Notes under the pieces: generated by a model | What the model saw: the letters and a program-made list of their open reading frames with translations, nothing else | Database searches by the model: none | What the model was told of the DNA's origin: nothing | Position numbers and translations under genes: made by a program | Shown: one piece after another, positions 12,441-27,920 of the stretch | Layout of the letters: every line of letters begins with the position of its first letter | How positions within the stretch are numbered: position 1 is the stretch's first letter | From: Camelus dromedarius | Lineage: Eukaryota | Reading direction: 5' to 3' | Assembly: GCF_036321535.1 (NCBI RefSeq) | Contig: NC_087436.1 | Span: 101,000,001-101,064,000 of the forward strand | Length of the DNA stretch: 64,000 nucleotides

Positions 12441-15400
12441 TTAAGGGCATATTTTTAATAAAATCCAGGAGCTACCTTTATTCATCAAATATATATTGGG
12501 ACCATCTAAATCCGAGACACTAAGTTGTGAGTGGAGCACACGTGGTGACATTCCTTTACTCACCAGGTCCTCGGTCTAGGGCAAGAGTCTGATGCCCAGC
12601 CTGGGGCTCCTCTGGGCAGGGATTTGGGCTCTCCAGGAAGGGTGTGTAAAACGCAGCTGCACCCGCTCACTTCCCTGGATTCCAGGACAAATGTCTCCCC
12701 GGTGGCCTTCCACTGGGGAAACTTCTATAGATGTGAATCTAAAGTTTTAGATTCAGAGGGAAGGGGTGCCTCATTTCTTAAGTTCTTTGATTTTTGTGTT
12801 TGGGGAAATGCTATTCAATACACTTGGTTCTGAAGACTAACATTTATTAATGTATTTTCAGCATCATTGTAAAAAGGCTCAGTTTGAGTACAATACATAG
12901 GCGTATATATTATATATGAATGTATGTTTATGTACATATTTATATTTTATATTTACTTCACTCTCATACACATGTTTTTTCTCATATATATTTTCTTCTC
13001 TCTCATACAGATACATATGAGAGAGAGCAATATAAGAATAGCCCTAGGATCTTACAAAGTTCTATGAGACTCAGTGTTTTCCACTGTTTACAGGGTACTT
13101 TGGTTTATACAATTGTCTATATTTTCTGTCCATCACAGTCTCTATAGTTTTTCTGAAAAAGCATGAACTATAATTTTAAACAGAGAGAGTGAGGTCAGAA
13201 AGATATCATATGCAGACTATCTATTGAAGAGAATAATATGAACTATAAGAATTGCTTGATTATAAATGTGCAGGAAATTATATTTGGCCCAATTTTAGAA
13301 AATATCTATTGCTAGCTATTAGGCTCTTTTATGACTAGTTTTGAAAGTACCGTCTGAAATTACAATTCTAACAAAACCAAAAAAGCGAGAGGATAAAAAT
13401 CAATTGTGTTTATGACTTAGGTTTTGTTTTCTTTTTGTAACATCAGTCATTACTTCCCTTCTTGTAATTCAACATTCTTCTTTAGTCACAAACCTTACGT
13501 GAATTGAAAATAGCTTAAAATTAATCATTATTTTTATGATAAATTGTTTTTACTTTACATATTCACATTTTATTTATATTGGCTAATTTAAAAATATCTA
13601 GCACATAGAAAAAAATAATTTAAAAACTAGATGGGATTTTAGAAATCTTTAGCCCCATTCTCTAATTTCACAATGTGGCAACTGAGGGGTCAGGAGGCTG
13701 ATAGATTGCCTGGTTTATTTCCCAAGAAGGATTAAAATGGAGATTCTTAGTTCCCATTTTGATGTTCTTCTTACTAAAATATATTCTCTCACAAGAATAA
13801 TAGGATTGTGTCCTTGAAAGCAATTGTGATAACTTTTATTTCAGCTTTCATAGTGATCTGATTCATAGTCTCTGGGGACCTTTTGCCCCCTATTTGTAAC
13901 ATCGCCAAGTCTCAACATAGGGTGCCTCTCCTTTTTTCAACTACTAATCGTATGAAAACTTTGTGTGAAAGTTGATAAAGATTCTATACTTGATTTCCTA
14001 ATTCCACCCTTGAAAGTTGGAGGCAAACTCTCTCTCTCTAGACACACACACACACACACATGCCTGTTTATATATCTATATGTGTATCTATATTTATCTC
14101 CCTTCTTACTCAATCCATATTGATTGCACTCCCCTCAAAAAAACAAAAATAAAGACTAAACCACACCAAACTACTAAATATATTTCTCTTCCTTTACTCT
14201 CATATCCAAAGGTCCCTGATTTCCTCTGTCCTTTAAGAGTTATATACTTTTCATATGGGGGGCCAAAATGAAACACTTTATGGATATTAAATCCTGTTGC
14301 TAAAGAAATGACAGTTATCCTCAGTGTGTAATTCGAGAACTCAAAACGGTGTAGTTTTGTCCTGAACGCTTCCCTCATGAAAGGGAAGAAGGTAACAGGC
14401 TTTTAATCCAGCAGAAACATTTAAGTACGTATGACTCAAAGTTCAAATGGCTGAGCTAAAACTTCAATGGAAATTCAGCTAGTGTAGTTCTTGCTCTGCA
14501 ATAATGTATGCTGATTGGAGAACAGTGCTTCACAATTACTTAGAGAGTAGCTTCCAAGCTCTGACATCTAGCCAGCAGCAGTCAGGGATCCGCAGAGAAA
14601 ATCCTTTGATTTAAACAGCTCTTGCTTTGGAAAGTCTGATGAGTTATAATGTTGATGGTCAGAAACAGCGTGCATGTTTAACGAGGCCAGGTTATCCACC
14701 TCAATCAGCCGTGTGCACTGAAAATTAATTACCTTGAAGATTCCAAGAGAAAAAACAAATACTTTCACTCCATAGAAATACATTTAGGGGAAAATGGCCA
14801 TCCAGTCTGGATATTGCTTGAACATTATCCATAATAACCTAGCTGTGGCTACATCTGAATTTAGGAAAACATTACCTTTTTTTCTCTTTAAAAATGTTTT
14901 CTTCTTTAAGTTCCATAAAACTTCAAAGATGATTTGTTTTTAATGGAAGGATACAGATGCAAGAGCACAAAAGGGTAAAATATTTAACACAACTATCTCC
15001 AGCTGGCAAGTTGGGTACTTTCTTTTCTTCAGTTTCTTTCAGTGCTGATGTAGAGTGAGGAAGACACCTAATTTGCATGGAATGATTCAACAGCATGAAG
15101 TAAGATCTCTCCTGAGGGATAAATGCTTAGAATTTTGAAGATCTTTTGCTCTGCATGATTGGTGAAAGGTGATTTGATATCTTATCATGTGATCTATAGA
15201 GGAATAGCTTCAGGAAAAAGCAGAGGCTTGATAAAAGATTCTAGTCAAACACATTTAAAATAACATTATTTTGATAACAGTGATTCCTTGCACTTTGAAA
15301 AGGTTGGAAAAATTAAATTTCACGTTTTCTCCAAAAATTAGCCACCAATTTTAAAGATGTCATCCCATATAATTAGGATGATGGAGATACCGATTATTTA

Positions 15401-17182
15401 ATCAGTTCATCTACCTGCATGCTTTGGCTGATCCAAATTACTTCATCTCCCAGTTGTGAGTCAGGAATATCAAACATAAATTTCCATTGCAGAAAACAGC
15501 TATCATGTTTTCTTATTCTACATAAACTCATATATAATTAAAATACAAATGATTGTATCTTAAAGACCACCTACCAAATACAACACACGACTGCTGCAGA
15601 TCACATTGCAGTACAAACCAACAGGGACTACGAGTTGTTGGGTTGAAAATAACTGGATGTAAGCTAATTAGCATATATTCATTTCTTATGGATTCTAGAG
15701 AATGCCTCAAGTCCTTTGTGTGAAAAAGCATGACATAAATATGAATTAAAAACAAGCACTGAAGCAAAACTTAGAGCAACAACTCTGAGTATCGCTCACT
15801 TTCCCTGAAAGGGAATTTTAAGCAATGGGACAGAGGATGCCTCTCTACTTTCCAGCTGGGATTGGCATTAAGAAACAGAGAAACAAAACCCAAAACTAAG
15901 CAGTCTGTCTAAAAATGTGGAAAAGGGAAAGGACTTTCTAGTCTGTGCATGAATTGCCTGAGCGAGGGCAAATGCGTGCGGAACAATCACACTTTGTTCT
16001 ATTACACACTGGTCCTCCTGGTACCACCCTTTCGTTGCCCTCAGCTCTGAAACTGCACCTCTTCTGCTGCTATTTCTGCCTCCCCCAGGCAGTTAAGAAA
16101 AGAAGTCCATCTGAGGTTGGCATATGCAAAGATATGAGAAGTGAAATGCACAAAGTCCCCAAATAAATATAACTATTGCCACCGAAGGAGCTTAATACAC
16201 CCTGTCATTTCCCCTATGGCAAACAAAAGCTGTGAGTGAGATGTTCCCCAAAGAAAATGAACTCTGATGTTCACCATTATTGGGATAAGATAATGTGCAG
16301 ACAATTTAATGTTAGTTGAAAATAGAATATTTCTTACAAAGCCAAAAGACATGCATTTCCTGAAGATACATCAAGGGAGCAAGATAAGACATAAGTGTTT
16401 GAAACTGAAAGATTATAATATGCCTGTGTCTAATATACTGGAGAAATTGTCCTGGAATGGTTTATACATGTAAAAATATGGCCCCTCTGATACTGTCATG
16501 ATCTATAAGACTCAGGGTGATCTTCTGAATTAAGCCTGGTTCACAAAGTTGAGTAAGGTTTTAACTCATGTCAAAAATTTCCCTAGACCTGAAAAATTAT
16601 TTTGGAAATGAGAAAAAGGAGTAGCTGGCTCGGTTGCACTGTTTTTTTCCTTTTCTCCTTTCTGACATTCTATTCAGATCTGCCAGGGATCATAAATTCT
16701 AAAAGGCCCTGCATCTGTATGTTCCACGTTACTATCTACGAACTGTGAAAAATGCAGGGATATCCAGCATCTCCATTTGTAATGAAATAGAAAAAAGGAG
16801 ACAAACAATATAAGCAACAGATTAAATTCTGTAAATTCAGTCTAGCATCCAGCACAGGTTTGGACACAAAAGAGGTATTCTGTACTATTATTAATTGTTA
16901 GATGAAATTAATTACCACTATTTTCATAAGGGTGCATTATAATGTAACAATGCAATATTTGGCCTTAAACAATCACCAAGAACTGGGAAAACTTCTTCAT
17001 AATCTAGAGATCTCCAATATTGAGGAAGCATATATACAATAGCTGAGAAAATAATATTATCCAAGAAAAGCAACTTATCAAAGTTAGAGAGGAATACAAA
17101 ATCTCCAATGAGTTTTAAGCCTCAAAACATATGCTTACTCAACATATGGCATGATATTTTATTCTTGGACACATTATTTTTT

Positions 17183-17345
17183 GTATATATATTTTTTTAT
17201 TGAAGTATAGTCAGTTTATAATGTTGTGTCAACTTCTGGTGTATAGCACAATGCTTCAGTCATACGTGAACATACATATATTCATTTTTATATTCTTTTT
17301 CACCGTAAGTTACTACAAGATATTGAATATAGTTCCCTGTGCTAT
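17183..17345 (-). mobile_element. Very short L1 3'UTR fragment with imperfect TSD
   Basis: ttttattgaagtatagtcag...gatattgaatatagttccctgtgctat; flanks tggacacattattttt (~17166) and tggatacacttattttt (~17345). Confidence 0.85.
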
Positions 17346-20300
17346 GGATACACTTATTTTTGATTGACTAGGTTTAGACCAAAAGCCAGAGGAATCAATG
17401 AATTTTTTCCTATCAGATCTTCCTGACTATAGCTACCAATAGCCAAGGTTTGTGTTCCATGTGATGGTTTCAACAGTAAACCAAGGCATCTCTCTTCTGC
17501 ATTTTTCGCCCTACCTCCTCTAACTGGGATATTCCTGAAATGTAAGAGTACCTTGGCTGATTAGAACACTAATGATAATACAGCTTGGTCTACAGGCTTA
17601 TTATCTTTGTGGTGGAAGCCCAGTGGAGCTGTTGCCACTTCAGCAGAAATAATGAACAATTCAAACAACTACTGAGATAGATACTAATATTACATCAAAA
17701 CTCATGTCAATCTCAAGACTCGAATAAATAACTTACATAGAATGACTACACTTAACTGACCACCTTTCTACTTCAACTGGAAATATACACATGTCCAGGT
17801 GCACACACACATACATACACACCTTTCAGCTTTTTAATAGTTTGAGGGCTAATAATTTAAGGAAGTCATGACTTAGGCAGTCCAACCTGAACTAGTCCAG
17901 CTGATGTCCCTTGGCATATATCTTCGGTGCTGTGTAACTCCCTTATTACAATATCAGAAAATCTCCTCCATCATTTTGTCATACTTCCTGTCAATTTCTA
18001 CCAATTACAGAGACATATGTTTATTAAATATTTCTTAAACTGCAGATATCCCTGTTTTAGGATCTTAATAATCTTTCACGAACAAGAAGGAATTCAACTC
18101 ATATAGTTCACTTCCTCCAAGACCAACTCCAGTCGTTCATAAACTAATGTGCATTTGTTCGGCTGAATTCTGTTGTTCCTACTATCAAGCTCAGAAGATG
18201 TCTACTGAATAAATGTGAGTGTTGACTGAAAGGGAGAGGTAGATTACCACAATGGAGAACAGTACTCTGTGGGTAGACAGGTTACTGAAGGAGACTAGTT
18301 AGGTCAGAGGAAATGTTTTAAAGTTACTAAGTCAAAATCTGATAACAGCCTCTGGGCATGTTCTGTTTGACCAAAGCAGCAATAGACAGCTTATCTATAT
18401 CTGCACCAACAGGTGAGTTGGTTTGGTCTGTTTGTGGCAGAAAGATGGCAGTAAAAACAATGAGATGGTACCAGGTCAAGAGATCACTAGAGGAGTTTTA
18501 TGTAAATGCAGTTTGCTGTATCAATTGACAACACTCCTGTGAGGTGAATAATCACCAAGATGACATTTTCAAATAACAAAAACAGCACATGAATGAAGTA
18601 TGGGGAGGTATTTTTTTGGTAGACTTCAATATGTTTCAATTATAATAAAACTATGACTGGTTGTCAAGGTTTTATAATGCATTTTTATAAGCCACTTTAA
18701 GTCATTTTTTGAATAAGATAAAATATGAATGAAAATACATGAATTTAAAAGTGTTATTAAGAATATAGTAAATATTTTATAAATGTTCCCAAGAAATAAT
18801 AAATGACTGTATTCATATGGCAAGAGCAGATCTGTTAAAAGGAAATAGTCCACCTAGAACACCTATAAATCCATATATTTTCATTTCAATGTAAAATAAC
18901 AACTATGCTTTCTTTCTCTTCATTCATATATTTCAGTCACCTAGAATTTTTAATGGAATCAACTCTAATTTAAAAAGAAAATCTGTGTTTAAAATGAGAG
19001 GTATCTCAGCTTATTTAGATTAAAACATTTAAAAAATAAATTTTATCTCCCTTTTCCTTAGCTCAGCAGAGATATTTTTTGGCCTCATGTATGGTCTTAC
19101 TGTTATTTTCTCATCTTATATTACTTAAAAATCATATGACTGTAACTGAAGTTCACATGAAAAATGAAGGAGGCCCCCTTAGCAGCCAAAGATGATTTTC
19201 ATCAATAATACCTAGAAAATCCTGGGACAGAAAACAAGACGCAGAGAAAGATAAATGATATTTTAAATAACTGCTATAGGAATTAGCAGTTCTCACCCAA
19301 TTTTCAGGCTCCTGTTTATATATTTTATCTACATTTGCAAATTATTTGTAGCCCAACATTTTCTGCACTCGATCCATCTGCTTTTATCCTGAAATAAGCA
19401 ATCACATAGGTCAGGACTGTCCCTCTAACCTTGACAGTGAAACTTGTCCAGTAATTTCTTTGCCAGATCTTTTCTGTTATCATTCTGCAAGAGTTCTCTA
19501 GAAGATTATCCCCCAAAAGTGGCCATGCCAAAGGAGTTCTGCCTACAGCTAGCAGTAGGAAGTAGTGCTACAGGGCAGCATTCTTCTCATTAATAAACTG
19601 CCTGGCTTCCTAGTGTCTCTATATACATACTCCTCCCAGTGCCCCGTTACGTGACCTAGCTGCAGCCAATTCTCATTCTCCAATTCATTCCTAAAAGCAT
19701 TTCTCTAAACCCAGCTACATAGAGACTCATTTTTTAACTGCTAAGTATTCTAATTGTATCCACTCTCCAAGTCTTCTCTACTTGGATGGAGCATCTCCAA
19801 ATGCACTGAGGGACTGACCCTTTCATAAATCAGTAGAAAATGTTTCTTTCCATCCTTCCCTCCTCCCTCCTCCCTCCGTTTCTATTTGAAACCATCCATA
19901 TAATGACTACATGAACTATTGGGAACTTGATGTATGTGACTATGTTATTTTGCAGGTGAGAAAATAGAACATGGAGCGGTTAGACTTTATATCAAAATTT
20001 AATAGGTAAGAGTTGAGTGTGAGTGCTTAATAGATGACAATTCAGTGTAAGTGCTTTACTCTGTCAGCCAATCAGTCATTGATTAAGGCTATGTCCCCTT
20101 TCATTTAGGACTTGTGCTAAATAAAATGAAAGCTCTCAATTAGTTATTCAAAGTAAAAGAGATAAATAAGTAAATGACCACTTACTAAAATAATGAAGGC
20201 ACACATTTCAGATAAAAGGCAACTTTCATTTGCAGTTTTAAGTGTCTAAAAGTTTAATTATCAACAAAGTAAATTCTTAGGTGCCAGGGTACTAGGCACA

Positions 20301-23300
20301 AAAGTAACCCCAAAACACTTGAAAATCAGTTAAATGCCATCAGACTTCTGGATAAATAAGTAATACACCCATTTTACTCATAAATATAATATTCATACAA
20401 CTATAGAAAATATGTTTTCATATATACTACAGCCATGCCAAAGTAAACCCCATAACACTTTAATATAGTTTATGTTTTTCTTTTCCCCTAAATGCTCAGC
20501 AATGATCAGTTCTGATGTTTAATTCTCCCTTTTTTCTTAAAAATACATAACTCATCTAATAAGACAAAATAATTTATATCTTTGACATATGAACTTTATG
20601 AGTCCTGAAAATAGTTCATCATTTTAATTATTAACAGTGCTTTTATATCACATATTTCCTTACAGTAAACTACTTTGAAATCTCACAGTTATTTATAACA
20701 AATTTTTGGCTTAAAATAAACTTTATATTGCTAAAATGCTCCTCTTAGTGCCCCTCAATTTATGAGCAAAATTAAAAAACATAGTCATTCTCATTATTGA
20801 ATCTCATAAATTAGCTACAATTGAAGGTAAAAGCTAAACATATATTATTGTATCATTGCAATATCTGATAAATGGCATTTTTGGAAAATGTTAGCGATGC
20901 TTATACCAAATTGTCGATAATTCATTACTTTCTTAAACTTTCTGAACCATCTAATTTTGCTATTCTAGTGCTTGGAGCCTCACACTATTAAAACAATAAG
21001 CAGGCTCCCCCCACCCCATATAAAACATAACAAATACTTAAATAATTGACATCTGCTTGAACTACTCTTCAATTTATTTATTGGTTACATTAAAATAAAA
21101 TGGCTAACAAGTATACCGATGTTTGGACAAATATATTATTGCATACTTAGTAAAATACTTTTATGGTTTATCTGTTCATGATACTTTTTCTTTTCTTAAA
21201 AATTTATTATTAAACTGGTGTTGAGATAATCTGGTTTTTGTGTTTTGCCAGTCACTGTTTTAATTATAGCAATGATTTATTACATGAAATTATTGGTCTA
21301 CTTTTTCTTGATTAAATTAAATACATATTAAGATTCTCTCTTAAAAAAAAAAAAACAGAACAGGTGCTATATTCTTTAAAAGTCCTGTGATGTCGCATAA
21401 TCACTGATTTCACTTGTAAACCGTTTACTTCCAGATTGAACGAGCTGATTTTGTTAAAATATTATCAGAACTTTAAAGTACTTGGCCAAAAATACTTGAA
21501 GATTTTTTTTTCTCCTATCTTTCACCAAACTTTTCTAAAGACTAAAAGGGCATGTTAAAATAATTTTGTTACATAAAATATATTTCATTTTCTAAACTTA
21601 TGCTTTAAAATGAAAAGTAATGAACTATAGTTTTACATGAACATAGATGTATTTCTTTTGTGATATATAATAACCTGATACCACTATTAAGGCAACCTGA
21701 TTGGTCATAAATAGATTCTGTATTCTTTGATATAAATTTGATATGTTTATGTAACACTCATATGTCCCTGACATATATACTGGAAATGTAAAAAAAAAAA
21801 AAAAAGAGAGAGAGATTATTGGCACAGTTAACCCTATGAGACATCTAAAAAAGGACCTTTGAGCAGACTTGCCAGGGTACTGTTAATTTTCTCCTCTTTT
21901 CCTACTTCCCTGCATTCCCAGTCTACCTGACTGCCTTGTTGTGCAACAAACAATTAACTAAAAAGTTAAGCATATTTCAAAACCTGTAACCTCCTCCCTC
22001 ACTGACCGTCCCCACGCACATGCAGTTTGTTCTGTACAGCTTTGATCTCTCTCCTTTCTTTACTTTCTCACAGAACCACCATCTACTCATCCCAGTCCAG
22101 CACGCATTCTCAGTCTCTGAGGCATAACCACAATGTTCTTACGTTCAGGTGCTGCAAAACGTAAGCAAATGATTTGATTTCTGCCTCTGTTCCCTCCCTT
22201 ACTGAAGAAGAACCTATTTGGATATTCTCCCCTAACCTAAGGCGATCCAGCGGAGTTCTCAGTAAAGCAAATTCATGGTTTAGCTGGAAGTTACCTTTCC
22301 ACTGATTTCCATGATAAAATTAGAACTTCAGTCCCCTGGGAGAAAATGTCTTGTAGATACATACTAAAAAATACTTGTTATGCAAAGCCTGTTGAATTCA
22401 CATATTTAAAGACATAATATACAATGTCTTTTTGATAATTGGTTCAGAAATAAGAAAAAAAAGCCATTGATAGTATGGTGCTTTATTGAGGAAAAAACAA
22501 AACAAACAAACAAAAAAACTTTAAGATAAGTGATCCAAAACACCTTTGGAAAGCCATCAGTCCTCTCAACCTTGTATTTTGTTCTCATTATAAATTCAGA
22601 TATCAGTAAAACTTTAGCATTATGGCCAAGTTTTCCATGATCTTCCCCAAAGTGGTGCCACTTCTAAATTAGATCTACATTTCTTTGTTGTTTTACAAAA
22701 ATATTTGCCTGCATTTTCTTCACTATTTGACTATGTTGACTTATCATGGTACTGTACTTAACAAAGACCACAGATAATTCAAATCCTCACCAATATGCAC
22801 TATGGTGTCTAAAGACATTCTCCCCCCGCCAATTAGCTAATATCCTATTACAAGCAGCTAATGTGCCTGTGTTAACCGTCCTCTTTATAATGAGAAGTAC
22901 TATTTATTTAATTGACGCCTGCTGTCCTGATGAGAGTGGACAGGCAAGCTTACATAATGATGGGTGAGTCTGGTCAATGTTTTTGACTGGACTCTTCAGT
23001 AACTTGTTTCTGTAAACTTTGGGGGTGTTGCCTACTGTGGTGTCCCCAGTCACAAGATAGTGGTGATAAGATCATATCAGGCAGCTCCTGATTTTAAGTT
23101 GGAATATGTTTTTGACTAGTTTTTCACTTCCAGCAAAAAACTTTAGTGGATTACAAAGAATGTTTGTAATGTCAAGGTTTGCAAAGAGATGCCAACTTCC
23201 ATGCCCCTCCGGGAGCACAGCAGGCTACACTACCTAGTGTTTTTCTGTTTCTTATGAATAAAATTGTTTGCTTTCCCATTTCATCCTGCTGATTTGAGGT

Positions 23301-24547
23301 AAACAGTGCATCCAAGGACACACAAAAAAGTGTCAACTTACCAAGATCTGTACTTTTAAGCAAGCTACTGCAGTAAGTTTGGTTATTCTTCCAGCTCCCC
23401 TGGACAGGGATTCAGAAAATCTGGATTACAGCTCTCTCACTAATTTAATGACCTTGAAAAAGTTACTTCTTCTCATTAACTGGATTTCCAAATGGGGAAT
23501 TTTCATAATCTCTCCCAGGTGAAATAATTTATGATTCTATATGAATGCTTTATATTCCACACTTTAAGTAGAAAACAATCAATCATAAAATTACTTTTGC
23601 AAGTTGTCTTTATTACAACTTTACTATAGTCAGTTATACTGCAATAGAGAAATTATATTCAAAATGAGGACAGAGTGGCATCTCTAGACACAAAAGAATT
23701 GATAGTTCCGCAGATGGAAACTAGTGACTTTCTCTTCAGAATAGTAGCTTTGGTAAGTAAAAGAGCTTCACTAGGACATTGTAGCATTGGTTAAAAATTA
23801 GGTGACTATGTTAAAAATTCTCAATCACTCCTTCCAATGAAATCTTTGAGAATTATGTCACCAGATTCCAGTACAGAATGATTGCTATTATGTCTGCTGA
23901 AAATCATAGAATCCCAGACCATTAGTGTTGGAATCCATTTTGTCTAACTTATGAATGAATTCCTTTAATAATGATTTTGAGAAATTACCATGCAACCTGA
24001 GCTTAAACATCTTCAGTGATAAAGATTTCAGAACATAGGCTATTCTTTGGAGCAGATTTTGCTGAGCATTTCTTAAGTTAATACATTTCCTCCTTATAAG
24101 GAAGCAATTTTCTACTCTTTCCACCTACCAGCATTTGTTCTGCCCCCAAGAATTACAAAGAATGAGTCAAATCCTTTGTCTCTCTGCTGCATTAAAGTGC
24201 TTCAAATGTCTTTTAAATTACTGTCTTCTCTTCAACCTGTCTTCCTCAGTGCACCAAACATTTTCTTGGATGCGCGTATTTTTAAAAGCACTATCTGCCT
24301 ATACACCAAAAAAGAAAAAATATAGCACCTTAAGTGATAGTAATCATCAAACTTTTTTTAATTTAAAACCTTAGAAATTATGTAAGAAGCCTGTAATATA
24401 AGTCATAATTGATCATATGATCTTGACAATCCATGCTGCAGAGTCAAAGCAAGTTCTCAGAATCCTTCTCAACAGAAACTTCACAAAGGAAAAATAAGGT
24501 CAACACAGGCTATATCACTAAAGATTACATCTCTGGTCCAACTTGGT

Positions 24548-24630
24548 CTCCATATTTTACAGATGAGGAAACCATGCCCCCAGGAAAGTTAAATATAGTT
24601 TATTGGCAAACCTAGAGCAAATCCCAATTT
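24548..24630 (-). mobile_element. MIR SINE relic
   Basis: catattttacagatgaggaaacc...aggaaagttaaat. Confidence 0.65.
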
Positions 24631-25585
24631 CTAAAATTCCTTGTCTTCCATATTCAGAAATTTGGAAGTTACTTTAAAGGTCAGTTAGTTAAATCCCTTA
24701 TCTTGGTGAAATAAGTGAGGTCTTGAGAGGTTAAGTGATTGATCTGTATCTCATACTTTCCACTCCCCTCTTTCTGAAATATTAAAAGAGATTGAAAAAT
24801 ATTAAATTATATATGCACACATAGCATACCTCTTCAACAGCAGTGAGAGGCAGAGCACATATAGGTTTTCTATTGTTTTGGAATATTGTCTAAGACTCAT
24901 ATATAATCAAATGCCAAAAGGGTATTACTTTGGGAACTGAATCTAAGAAAAGCAGAACGGGAAGCCTACAAAGCAACATTCAACAGTATTATAGAGAAAG
25001 AATTTATGTAGGCACTGAAGCTTTTGAGACTATAAAGTCAAGCGCTATAATTACCATATGGAAGATGTTCATTAAGATTATATAGGTTCATAATATATGA
25101 AGCAAATTGAAAATGGAAATCCTGGGTAGGGTCAGGGAAAAGTCATGTGGCATTAAAAGCATTCTCTGCCAGCAAATTAACTAAATGTCCCAGTTCTAGA
25201 AAGGCCATATATTGTGCCTAGGCACTCACTGAAAGTCAGATATACAGGGATGCTGAGAGATTGCCACCATCTACTCATAAATAGGACTCACCAAGGGACA
25301 CTGACAGCACCTTGGCATTAAGGAGGAGTTCACATACATGAAGGATGTACTTTGCAGTAACTTTTATTAAGGAAAGTCCATACCTGTCAGGACATCCAAT
25401 TCAGACATTTTTCAGTCTTATTTTGCTCTATTTTGATCTCCATGTAACATTACTGTTATATGTGAGTGAGTACATAATATTAGTCATTAAAATCAATAAT
25501 TTGCACTGAGAAAATAGTTTTTGTTTTGCTTTGTTTTTGTTTTGTTTTGTTTGTCTTTTACTTCTACTGATATTATCCACTCAAG

Positions 25586-25588
<3 letters not shown>

Positions 25589-25642
<54 letters not shown>
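25589..25642. repeat. (AT)27 microsatellite
   Basis: Seen directly. Confidence 0.98.
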
Positions 25643-25649
<7 letters not shown>

Positions 25650-26264
25650 ATAGTGCCAAATTTGCTAGAATGCTGAATGGGCATCTTAGGGAAAAATTTT
25701 CTTAGGGAAAAATTCATTTCAGGCACCAACTCAAATCAAAATACTTATTCAATTAAGAAATAAAAGGTAGAGACTGAAAATTCTTTTATATCAATCGAAT
25801 ACTATTTTTTAATTAATTCATTTTTTTCTTTTTTCGTTCTTTTTTACATATACTTGTATTTATTTTATTTATATATTATACACTAGCCAAACCATACCTT
25901 TATTATGTGCAAATTCAGATCAAAGCCATATGCAGTTTTAATCTGTACCTCCCCTTTATTTCCCCAAAGGTATTTAAATGGATTTTCTGGGTTCTTCAAA
26001 ATGAATAAGTATAAAAATATAAACTGGGGGAGCTCATCTTAAATTCCTTATTTCTTTGAAAAAATATTTTTCACTAAATGAGACTAACCAGAATGCTAAA
26101 AGGCTTTGCAACCAAGTAAAATAGAACAATTGGGAAGACTGAGGCTGTAAACCAGAAAAAAAAAAAAAAAAAAAAAAAAAACAGAGGGAATATTACACAT
26201 CCAGACACTATAACAGAGTATCTATCTGAATTTAGGTCCTGGATATACTTCCATTTGGGAAAGG

Positions 26265-26530
26265 AATAGAACTTATTTTGTGTTTTCTCAAAAGGAAAAC
26301 CCAAGATAAATGGATTCGAGCTATAGAAAGGCAGATTTGGGCTCAATATTAGAGAAAGGTAGAAAGTTAAAAGATGTCCCAAAATAGAGTGAGCTACCTC
26401 TGGATTTTGTGTCACTGGAATTATTCAAGCAGAAATGAATGACTCATAGTAGCATTGAAGGATACGTGAACAATCTGAGACTGGATTGGTTGACCATAAT
26501 CTCTCTACTAACTCTTAAACTTCCATGACT
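26265..26530 (+). mobile_element. L3/CR1 LINE 3' end relic
   Basis: aaggcagatttgggctcaatattag...gtcactggaattattcaagcaga...tggattggttgacc resembles the L3 3' consensus. Confidence 0.7.
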
Positions 26531-27714
26531 AATTCATCAAACATTCATTCTATGCCCTAGGCACTCTACCTAAAGAAAAATAGTCATGAAATGATCTGTA
26601 AAATTCACAGAGCTAACAGATTGGTTAACACTCGGAATATCTTGGTAGGGTGGGGGGAAGGGTATTTTGATTTGTTTCCTAATTTTCCATCAAGTCCTCC
26701 CTACCTCAGTTGTATTCTCTAGGCACAACCTTTTAAGTTCTAAATACATAACTCCACATTAATGCTTAAGCCCTTATTTTGCTCTCAAAAGCACTGTTTC
26801 CACAGAAAAAGTCCTAGAAAAACTGTGTACACAAAGTAACGTATCTTTACTCCCCTTTCTCTTTCCAGCCATTTTACCTCAAAGGCTTTCCTAAGAATAA
26901 AGGAAACATGAACTTATAAATAAAGTCCTTTTTCTCTACCTGCATTGATTTTTTTTCCCTCCAAGTTGTGTTTCACATTCTTTTAAAGTCCTTTCAGTGT
27001 CCCTAGTTTTCAATGATCTGTTTCCTTCAATTTTTTATTGCTTTCAATTTATGCACTCACCTCAAATCTCATTATTTCTGTTTTCTTATCTATATTTTAC
27101 TTCTCCATTCCCTTCTATTCTTGTATGGTAAACTGTTAAGACTCTTTTCCTATATGGTGCATATTTTCTTTACTTAACGTATAATGTCAAAAAAAGGTTT
27201 CTCTTATTACCTTTCCTCAAAAAATTTAGAACGTTTTGGTTGAATTGTCTTCTTTCCATATGAGATATAAGTACTTCTTTTCTTACCACTAGATTTGATG
27301 AATTTTATAAAATTTAAATGATGTCTTTTCTGTTTTCAATCATTTTATACTTACTTGGTTTTTTAGTTGCAGGTCCTAAATTTGGGGGGGAATAATGACT
27401 TATTTCTTATGATAAGATACATTGTCATCTGTGAAGCTAATGAGCCAAGAGCCACAAACTCAGGGGTATGAAAACAGAGCAGAGGGAAGTATGAGTGAGG
27501 AGAAGGGCCCATGTGAGGGTGAAAAACATGAATAACTGTTTTGTGAAAATTCATTCATTTGTTCCAACATTTAGTGAGTAACAAACACCGTGGACACAGA
27601 AGAGGTCATAAAGGATAAGATGAAATCATTGTCCTCTAGAAACTCGGAGTCAAACATGACTGAGAAGCCCAGCTTTGCTTGAGAGGATTAAGGACACTAC
27701 TTAAGGCACATGCC

Positions 27715-27920
27715 CAATTCGGTCAACTCTGAGTGACCTCGGCCACTTTAGATTTTCTCCAAGCCTCATTTTTTACCTACTAAATATGGACAATAATAAT
27801 TTCTAACTTTACGTTCCCTTGTGGAGATGAATTCAGAAAACAGAGATTATTAAGCTTATTTACATTGGGCCTGAAGACACCCAATGTCAATCTTCAACAT
27901 ATGTGTGTGGTTATCATTGC
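27715..27920 (+). mobile_element. MIR SINE relic
   Basis: gtgacctcggcc...aagcctcattttttacctactaaatatggacaataataat. Confidence 0.6.

Noticed and set aside
19380..19660. Possible old LTR ending aataaactgcc...gttac (similarly ~660-1130 and ~61280-61680)
   Set aside because: Family and boundaries could not be supported by eye.
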